Below, piece by piece: positions 1 to 4,491 of a stretch of DNA of 5,920 bases. A model generated the notes under the pieces. That model worked only from the letters and a program-made list of their open reading frames with translations, did not search any database and had not been told where the DNA came from. The stretch covers positions 1 to 5,920 of the IMG/VR virus record IMGVR_UViG_3300005319_000012; one strand, 5' to 3'. The stretch comes from a virus. The position numbers and the translations under genes are program-made. Positions within the stretch are counted from its first letter, which is position 1, and the number at the start of each line of letters is the position of its first letter.

Positions 1-547
1 CCATTACGCCTCTTCCTGCTAGTGTTCCTAGTGGTTGTTCTCCGTCTCCTGCTTCTGCGTTGCTTATTACTTCTTGAAACACTAATTCTTTTATTAGTCC
101 GCCCATGTACATTGGTGTTGTTGCTAATGTTACTCTGTCGTGCATGTAAACTGCTCTTTGCCAATCATCGTATGTCCCTCCGCTTATTGCAATTCTATTT
201 AGCATTTCATATACTTTTGTTGCTAATTGAAATGTGTCGATTGAAAAATTTCCATCTGATGTGTCTATTGCAGTTATTGCGTTTATTCCGTTTTCTCCAT
301 CAATCCATTCCGTTTGCATCCAATTATTAAATAAATCGCTTTGATACGTTTTTATTGCTAATCCCTCTTGTGTTGTTAGTTTTGCCCACGTTTTATTTGT
401 TCCGCTCCCTAGTTCTAGTAGTGGTAGGTTGTATGGTTCTAAGTTTGTGTTTTTACTTATTGTGAATGGAGACGATTGTTTTGTGTATATTAATATGTTT
501 TCCCTCATGTCATCTAAGTTTTTTAGTGGGAATGTTTTTATTTTTGG
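1..547. repeat. Terminal redundancy, copy 1. Identical to 5374-5920. This is the signature of a circular 5373-nt genome written past its junction, not a biological repeat.
   Basis: Position 1 (ccattacgcctcttcctgct...) aligns to 5374, and the last bases of the window (...ttatttttgg) align to 538-547. The ORF-track entries 22..330 and 5296..5703 end in the same peptide, and 330+5373=5703. Every stretch I compared by eye was identical. Confidence 0.95.
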
Positions 548-1435
548 TGGTCTTGCTTCTTTTGCATCTATGTAGCTCCAATTCATTATTTTAATTGCTG
601 AAAACTCTCTTTTTGCACTTCCTAGTGTTGTTTCTGTTGGGTATTCTGATATTGTTTCATAAATATCTGTTAGTCTTGCTGTTACCCCTGTTGATAGTCT
701 TACAGATATTTCACTTATGTCTGGTCTTTCCCCTGTGAATCTTACATACATGGCTGTTCCTCTTGCAATTGTGAATTCTGCATTTCCTGTGTTTTTTGGT
801 ATTGTTGTGAATGTTCCTCCTGAATCACCGATAATTTCAGTTACTGTTTCTACTATTGCTCTTCCGTGTATTACTGCGCCTTTTTCTTCTTGTTTGTTTG
901 CATAGTAATTTTTGTATGTGTCCCAATATGCTAGGTATGTTACTGCATTAAATTCTCTTAATACTTTTCCATCTACTCCGCTTCCTCCGCCTACGCCTCT
1001 TATATTTAAATAGCTAAATATGCAGCTTGGGTTTATTTGTTGATTGTCGGGGTCTAGTCTTTTGTTTATTGCGTTTGATACTATTTCTATTTGCGGTAGT
1101 TTTACCGTATCCATGTGGTTTCCTATTCCTAGTTTATTGTTGTGTAGTTGTCCTTGATATAGCCTTATTGGTGCTAAGAATATGTCCGCTTGTACTTTAT
1201 AGCTTCCGAATAGAGGTCCTATTGTTGGATGTGTTTTGATGTCAATATCTAGGTTTATATCGAATGTATCGCCGGGTAAGGCCACTTCTGTCATGAATGG
1301 TACTAGTGTTCCAGCGGCCATTGTACTTCTCCATATATAACCTAAATCATGGGTCGATCTTTCGTAGTTTTTTAATTCTACTTTCATTTTTTTTCCTGAC
1401 CCTAGTCTTTCTCCTCCTAATGTTACTTTTTGCAT
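1..1435 (-). CDS. VP1: Major capsid protein (Microviridae VP1 / F-like), N-terminal ~478 codons. The gene continues across the circle junction into 5373->4841. The joined gene is 1968 nt, 655 aa.
   Basis: My own minus-strand translation from the ATG at 1435-1433 is stop-free down to position 1: MQKVTLGGERLGSGKKMKVELKNYERSTHDLGYIWRSTMAAGTLVPFMTEVALPGDTFDINLDIDIKTHPTIGPLFGSYKVQADIFLAPIRLY...NAVTYLAYWDTYKNYYANKQEE... It is missing from the ORF track because its stop lies beyond the window edge. It is in frame with the 346-aa ORF: M at 5881 equals 508, and 1435-508=927, which is 309 codons. The RSTHDL, LPGDTF, GSYK and YWDxYKNYY motifs match what I remember of microvirus capsid proteins. An alternative start is the ATG at 1387 (MKVELKNY...). 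Confidence 0.9.
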   Translation of the reverse strand, partial: MQKVTLGGERLGSGKKMKVELKNYERSTHDLGYIWRSTMAAGTLVPFMTEVALPGDTFDINLDIDIKTHPTIGPLFGSYKVQADIFLAPIRLYQGQLHNNKLGIGNHMDTVKLPQIEIVSNAINKRLDPDNQQINPSCIFSYLNIRGVGGGSGVDGKVLREFNAVTYLAYWDTYKNYYANKQEEKGAVIHGRAIVETVTEIIGDSGGTFTTIPKNTGNAEFTIARGTAMYVRFTGERPDISEISVRLSTGVTARLTDIYETISEYPTETTLGSAKREFSAIKIMNWSYIDAKEARPPKIKTFPLKNLDDMRENILIYTKQSSPFTISKNTNLEPYNLPLLELGSGTNKTWAKLTTQEGLAIKTYQSDLFNNWMQTEWIDGENGINAITAIDTSDGNFSIDTFQLATKVYEMLNRIAISGGTYDDWQRAVYMHDRVTLATTPMYMGGLIKELVFQEVISNAEAGDGEQPLGTLAGRGVM

Positions 1436-1440
1436 TTTTT

Positions 1441-1719
1441 TTATTTATTAAATTTTCTACTTTCTTCTACCATTACCCCTATTATTGTTATCATGAACTT
1501 CCAATTTATTCCACTTACCATTTTTTCTAGTTCGTGTAGGTTTTCGTGTTCGTCTGTTATTTGGTATTTTCCCATTGTTAAGAACCATCCTCCGTCTTTT
1601 TTTACCGCTACGAATGACCCCTCTGCTAATTCTACTCTTTCAATCAGACTCCCAGAGTCTTGTTTGCCTGATTCTTTCGCATTCGTTAATGTGTTTAACA
1701 ATTCCGTATTTTTCCCCAT
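1441..1719 (-). CDS. Hypothetical 92-aa protein immediately upstream of the capsid gene. By position only it is analogous to a scaffolding-type gene. The C-terminus has a short hydrophobic stretch (WKFMITIIGVMV).
   Basis: ATG at 1719-1717 (cat on the + strand) and TAA at 1441-1443. Codons after the overlap region follow the genome-wide A-ending habit. The stop is joined to the capsid start by TAA-AAAAA-ATG. Confidence 0.7.
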   Translation of the reverse strand: MGKNTELLNTLTNAKESGKQDSGSLIERVELAEGSFVAVKKDGGWFLTMGKYQITDEHENLHELEKMVSGINWKFMITIIGVMVEESRKFNK

Positions 1720-1855
1720 TTGTATATTCTTTTATTTCTGATTTACTATTTGTTTTTTTTGTTATGTATTTTCTTTCTTTGAGGCTTTTACTTATAACCT
1801 CTCCTGTTTCTATGTCTACGTACGTTGTTGTTGCGTACCATTTCATTTTAGCCAT
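1640..1855 (-). CDS. Hypothetical 71-aa basic protein (MAKMKWYATTTYVDIETGEVI...). It overlaps the next gene by 80 nt in another frame.
   Basis: ATG at 1855-1853 and TGA at 1640-1642, the only non-TAA stop among the genes I call. A-ending codon use is strong in the non-overlapping part. Confidence 0.65.
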   Translation of the reverse strand: MAKMKWYATTTYVDIETGEVISKSLKERKYITKKTNSKSEIKEYTNGEKYGIVKHINECERIRQTRLWESD

Positions 1856-1875
1856 CTCTGATCATTTTTTTTTAT

Positions 1876-1965
1876 TTAATCTAATTTGTTGTATACTTCT
1901 AGTAGTATTCCTACTGTTATTATTATTAGCACTATTCCTGTTACTAATGACGCTAGTTCTGTCAT
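1876..1965 (-). CDS. Mini-protein of 29 aa with a single predicted transmembrane helix: MTELASLVTGIVLIIITVGILLEVYNKLD.
   Basis: Hand translation. The ATG at 1965-1963 directly abuts the TAA of the preceding mini-ORF (GAT TAA ATG). The stop TAA is at 1876-1878. It has about 20 consecutive hydrophobic residues and A-ending codons throughout (ACA GAA CTA ... GGA ATA CTA CTA GAA GTA). It falls below the ORF-track length cutoff. Confidence 0.6.
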   Translation of the reverse strand: MTELASLVTGIVLIIITVGILLEVYNKLD

Positions 1966-2049
1966 TTAATCTTTTCTTGTGTTTATTAATGTGTATAGTA
2001 TTATTGTTATTCCTACTATTCCTATTACTCCCAGTATTGTCGCTTCCAT
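1966..2049 (-). CDS. Mini-protein of 27 aa with a single predicted transmembrane helix: MEATILGVIGIVGITIILYTLINTRKD.
   Basis: Hand translation. The ATG at 2049-2047 sits 5 A residues after the TAA of the upstream gene (TAA-AAAAA-ATG). The stop TAA is at 1966-1968. It has a hydrophobic core, a basic tail and A-ending codons. Together with its neighbour it fills an otherwise unexplained 198-nt gap in a compact genome. Confidence 0.6.
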   Translation of the reverse strand: MEATILGVIGIVGITIILYTLINTRKD

Positions 2050-2054
2050 TTTTT

Positions 2055-2267
2055 TTATAGGTTAAAGTAGTTTTCTCTTATTCTCATTAGGATAGCTTGT
2101 AGTTCGTCTCTATCTTCTTCACTTATGAAGTGCGTTGAGTCTATTGCGTTTACTGCTCCTACAAATCTTTTTATGTCTGCTGCTGTTCCTTTTTTGTTGA
2201 AATTTTTACTTTCTTTTTTAGTTTTAGCTCCTTGAGTTTCTACATTTTTATTTTCGTTATTTTCCAT
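2055..2267 (-). CDS. Hypothetical 70-aa protein with a Lys-rich N-terminus (MENNENKNVETQGAKTKKESKNFNKKG...). By position it is the first gene after rep (VP5-like position in gokushoviruses). Function unknown.
   Basis: ORF track 2055..2273. I checked the listed start: 2271-2273 is caa on the + strand, so it is TTG, not ATG. The first ATG is two codons downstream at 2267-2265. The stop TAA is at 2055-2057. Confidence 0.7.
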   Translation of the reverse strand: MENNENKNVETQGAKTKKESKNFNKKGTAADIKRFVGAVNAIDSTHFISEEDRDELQAILMRIRENYFNL

Positions 2268-2270
2268 ATT

Positions 2271-2301
2271 CAAATATAGGTATTATTTTTATATTTCCAA
2301 A
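2271..2301 (-). promoter_or_regulatory. Candidate promoter in the rep / 70-aa-gene intergenic spacer. It reads TTTG-N19-TATATTTG (Bacteroides-type -33/-7 consensus) and also TTGGAA-N16-TATATT (sigma70-like).
   Basis: The minus strand reads ...AAAATTTGGAAATATAAAAATAATACCTATATTTGAATATGGAA. TTTG is at 2301-2298 and TATATTTG at 2278-2271, with exactly 19 nt between them. These T-rich motifs sit in a strand that is otherwise very T-poor. Caveat: the predicted start site would fall at or next to the ATG at 2267, implying a leaderless or very short leader. Confidence 0.4.
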
Positions 2302-2317
2302 TTTTTTTTCATTTTTT

Positions 2318-3361
2318 TTAATCCCATTCTTTTGACGGTTGGATTAACTGCTCTCTGCCCTCGGGGGGGCAGTCCCCCGCCTGCGGAGCAATCTTTTCTT
2401 TTATTATCCTTTCTTCTATTTTTAGCATTCTTCTTTGATTTTCGTACTCCTTCTTGTTCCAGTCTATTGTATCGTCTCCGTACCCTAATCTTTTGTTTTT
2501 TTCTCTGTAGTATTCTAGTAGTTTGTAGTATTCTTCTTCTCCTTCTGTTACGTCTACTTTTTCTCCCATTACCCACCTTTCTTCCTTATCTAATTTCATT
2601 AGCCATAGTTTTTCTCTTTCTTCATCTGTGTATATTTTATTTCTCCAATATATTGGCATTGCTATTTTATGCCCTGATCTCGTTGTGTATGTTTCGTTTG
2701 TGTCTTTTCCTTTGAATTTATTTTTATTGCTATCTATTCTCTCTATATACCCTGCCCCTATTCCTGCACTTGTTAGTATTTTTGCTGTGTAGTGTTCGTG
2801 ATCTTTGTCTTGTTTTGTTACGTATTTTGTTAAGTAGTTTACTGTTTTTTCGCTTACGTAGTTTTCTTTTTTTTCTCCCTTTCCTTTCCACACGAACCCG
2901 TATTGCCAGTGTTTTTCTACTTCGTCTAAGCTTTCGTTCGTCCATACTATTCCGTGTAAGTGTAGGTTTTCCGTTCCGTTATGCCCGAGTTCTGTTATTA
3001 ACCAGTGTCTTAGGCTTTTTTTATATTTCTTTCTCCATCTTTCTAGAAATCTTCTTACTGCTAGTGTAGCTATTGCGTTGTCTAAATTATACCCTTCTAG
3101 TGTTTCTATTTCTTTACTTAGGTCTGTTATACTTTCGTTACTGAATGTTAGCGTTATGAATTTTCCGTTTTTGTTATGCCTTACATCTTCTAGTAGTCTT
3201 ACTTGCCATTCTCTCGATTTTTGTTTTCTGCATTCTATGCATTTTCCGCATCCTACTGGTACTGCTAATACTCTTTTATCAGAAACGGCAGGTATTACCC
3301 CGCCGTTCTTTTTGGTTTCTCCGTATTTTCTGTTCCTTATTAATTTTGGATATAGGCACAT
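2318..3361 (-). CDS. VP4: Replication initiation protein (Microviridae VP4 / phiX174 gpA-like HUH rolling-circle endonuclease), 347 aa.
   Basis: ORF track. It has the N-terminal MCLYPKLI and CGKCIECR cysteine motif. RCR motif 1 is FITLTF (res 68-73). Motif 2 (HUH) is HLHGIVW (res 134-140). Motif 3 is YLTKYVTK (res 176-183), with two Tyr spaced like YVAKYVNK of phiX174 gpA. The ATG at 3361 lies 1 nt after the VP2 stop (TAA-A-ATG). Confidence 0.93.
   Translation of the reverse strand: MCLYPKLIRNRKYGETKKNGGVIPAVSDKRVLAVPVGCGKCIECRKQKSREWQVRLLEDVRHNKNGKFITLTFSNESITDLSKEIETLEGYNLDNAIATLAVRRFLERWRKKYKKSLRHWLITELGHNGTENLHLHGIVWTNESLDEVEKHWQYGFVWKGKGEKKENYVSEKTVNYLTKYVTKQDKDHEHYTAKILTSAGIGAGYIERIDSNKNKFKGKDTNETYTTRSGHKIAMPIYWRNKIYTDEEREKLWLMKLDKEERWVMGEKVDVTEGEEEYYKLLEYYREKNKRLGYGDDTIDWNKKEYENQRRMLKIEERIIKEKIAPQAGDCPPEGREQLIQPSKEWD
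2350..2389 (-). other. GC-rich (32/40 G+C) imperfect stem-loop with a C7 homopolymer, embedded in the last ~25 codons of rep. Candidate replication, priming or packaging signal.
   Basis: The coding strand reads GCTCCGCAGGCGGGGGACTGCCCCCCCGAGGGCAGAGAGC. Possible pairings are GCTC/GAGC at the ends, GGGGG/CCCCC around ACTG, and CTGCCC/GGGCAG. The flanking sequence is AT-rich, and the local codons (CCG CAG GCG GGG GAC TGC CCC CCC GAG GGC) break the A-ending rule. Confidence 0.6.
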
Positions 3362-3362
3362 T

Positions 3363-4199
3363 TTATTGCTCTCCCACTCTTTTTAGTTGTTTGTTTCTGT
3401 CGCTTTTGTTTATTTGGAATATTGCTTCTATAGCATCATCTATTGTTCTTCCTGCTACGTTCATTAAGTTAGGATACGCTTTGTCCATTTCTGCTCTAAA
3501 TTTTTCTATTCTTAGCTTTTGTTCGTTTTGGTCTAATCCTTTCCATCCTTGAGCTACTTGCGCTGCCATTTGTTTTATTCTTTCTTTGTCTACTTCTATT
3601 CCGACTTTTTTAGCGTCATTTTCTATTTCCGCTCCTATGCTTTCTGCTTTTATTCTTGTTAATCTATCTTCTAACCCTCTGTTTGCTTCTTGTGACTCTG
3701 CTGCTGTTTTTGTGAATTTTTCCCCTTCTGTTAGTGTTTGTGCATTTTTTAAGTCTCTTTCGCTTCCTGCTACTTCTACTCCTGCTTTCTTGTTTGCTGT
3801 GTCTGCTTCTATGTTCTCTTTTTGTGCGTTCATTAATGCCATTTGCATTCCCATCCCCATCTCTCCTCCTCCTGTCGGTGCTGCTCCTCCGCTTACCGCT
3901 CCCCCTGCTACTCCTCCCATTGTTGCTCCTCCTGTTCCTCCCATTCCGTATAGTAGTGCTGGGTTTAGTCCTGCTTTTTTTAAGTGTTCTACTTGTGCTC
4001 CGTAGTTTGTTTTGTTCCACGAATCTAATTGTAATTCGTGTGCATTGCTTGCCAGTTCTTTCTGTCCTTTTATTTGTAATCCTTGCAGTTTTTCTTGCAT
4101 TTGGTATTGTCTTTGGTCGTTGTATTTTCCTAGCGCCATTCCTAGCGCTGATCCTATTATTGCCGACCCTGCTCCTTCTGCTAATTTTCCTAGTCCCAT
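3363..4199 (-). CDS. VP2: Minor capsid / DNA pilot protein (Microviridae VP2, functional analogue of phiX174 H), 278 aa.
   Basis: ORF track. It carries the KKAGLNPALLYG motif (3945-3974), which I recognise as typical of microvirus VP2. The N-terminal segment is glycine-zipper-like (GAGSAIIGSALGMALG). A Gly-rich linker spans res 85-118. The C-terminal half is long, charged and coiled-coil-like. Its position directly upstream of VP4 also fits. Confidence 0.85.
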   Translation of the reverse strand: MGLGKLAEGAGSAIIGSALGMALGKYNDQRQYQMQEKLQGLQIKGQKELASNAHELQLDSWNKTNYGAQVEHLKKAGLNPALLYGMGGTGGATMGGVAGGAVSGGAAPTGGGEMGMGMQMALMNAQKENIEADTANKKAGVEVAGSERDLKNAQTLTEGEKFTKTAAESQEANRGLEDRLTRIKAESIGAEIENDAKKVGIEVDKERIKQMAAQVAQGWKGLDQNEQKLRIEKFRAEMDKAYPNLMNVAGRTIDDAIEAIFQINKSDRNKQLKRVGEQ

Positions 4200-4200
4200 T

Positions 4201-4284
4201 TTATTTTACGCTTATTGTTATGTTGTAATTTATTTTATTTCCTGATATTGATTCCTCTAGCATTGTTCTTAATTTTCTTTCCAT
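4201..4284 (-). CDS. Possible 27-aa ORF (MERKLRTMLEESISGNKINYNITISVK) abutting the VP2 start. It is the ATG-initiated tail of a 73-codon stop-free, coding-like frame (4425->4204).
   Basis: Hand translation. ATG at 4284-4282, TAA at 4201-4203, then A, then the VP2 ATG. This is the same TAA-A-ATG junction as VP2/VP4. A-ending codons are present. It is short and the T-poor strand makes open frames cheap, so support is weak. Confidence 0.3.
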   Translation of the reverse strand: MERKLRTMLEESISGNKINYNITISVK

Positions 4285-4434
4285 CGTCTTTAATGCTTTT
4301 CTTATCGTTCTTTCTTCAATATAGGTTAACTTTCTTCTTTTCTCTTTGCTTTCTTTTATTATTTTTGAGTTAGTTTCTGTGTCTTTTAGACTTATTTTGT
4401 AATTCTCTATTTTTTCGCTTCTTTTTTATTAAAA

Positions 4435-4485
4435 AAAGAGTGGTACACTTAGTTCATAATATAGAACACATGCGTACCACTCTTT
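4435..4485 (-). terminator. Hairpin with a 12-bp perfect stem and 27-nt loop, followed by a T-run on the coding strand. Candidate intrinsic terminator of the capsid operon and/or origin hairpin.
   Basis: The minus strand reads TAA CACGTT AAAGAGTGGTAC-GCATGTGTTCTATATTATGAACTAAGT-GTACCACTCTTT TTTTAATAAAAAAG. The arms are 4474-4485 and 4435-4446. The hairpin starts 6 nt after the stop of the 111-aa ORF. The loop has an inner GTTC/GAAC mini-stem around TATATTAT. The loop is large for a textbook terminator. Confidence 0.5.
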
Positions 4486-4491
4486 AACGTG

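Noticed and set aside
1-547. The 547-bp identical ends as a biological terminal repeat (LTR/ITR, a transposon end, or prophage att duplication).
   Set aside because: The two copies are direct, exact and fall in the middle of the capsid gene. Joining them restores a single in-frame 655-aa ORF and a closed microvirus gene set. This is circular-genome overrun, not a mobile-element boundary.
1640-1642. Possible alternative genetic code (TGA = Trp, as in Mollicutes hosts of some microviruses), raised by the low GC content and the single TGA stop.
   Set aside because: Trp is encoded by TGG throughout (for example ATA TGG AGA, TAT TGG GAC, AAT TGG AGC in VP1). All large genes are intact under the standard bacterial code with no in-frame TGA. 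Reading through this TGA only yields another off-frame basic extension.
2271-2273. The start of the 72-aa ORF as listed in the track (position 2273).
   Set aside because: The codon is TTG (caa on the given strand) and forms the last three bases of the candidate -7 promoter box. An ATG follows two codons later at 2267, so I call the start there.
2289-2312. The 7-codon mini-ORF MKKNLEI launched by the TAA-AAAAA-ATG junction after rep.
   Set aside because: It is too short to support as a gene and overlaps the candidate promoter. It is noted only as the third instance of the junction motif.
2730-2945. Arg/Lys-rich 71-aa minus-strand ORF inside rep (VP4). The same applies to 3664..4020 inside VP2 (start is GTG) and 5292..5537 inside VP1 (start is TTG).
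   Set aside because: These are off-frame readings of purine-rich coding sequence (AGA/AAG/AGG/CGN-type codons) in a strand with very few stop codons. Several use non-ATG starts and none has an independent signal. The recurrence of the same composition in every large gene points to a compositional artefact rather than overprinted genes.
3846-3947. A C/T-rich, relatively GC-rich tract with reiterated cctcc/gctcc units that looks like a tandem or low-complexity DNA repeat.
   Set aside because: It is the Gly/Ala/Thr-rich linker of VP2 (GMGGTGGATMGGVAGGAVSGGAAPTGGGEMGMGM) encoded by GGN/GCN codons. There is no regular repeat unit or spacer architecture, so it is not a CRISPR or satellite-like array.
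4285-4434. A search for a second promoter (sigma70-like or TTTG/TAnnTTTG) upstream of VP2 in the main intergenic region.
   Set aside because: I found only weak partial matches, such as TATATTGA without a properly spaced TTTG, and TTACAA without a -10 box. Nothing is strong enough to report as a feature.
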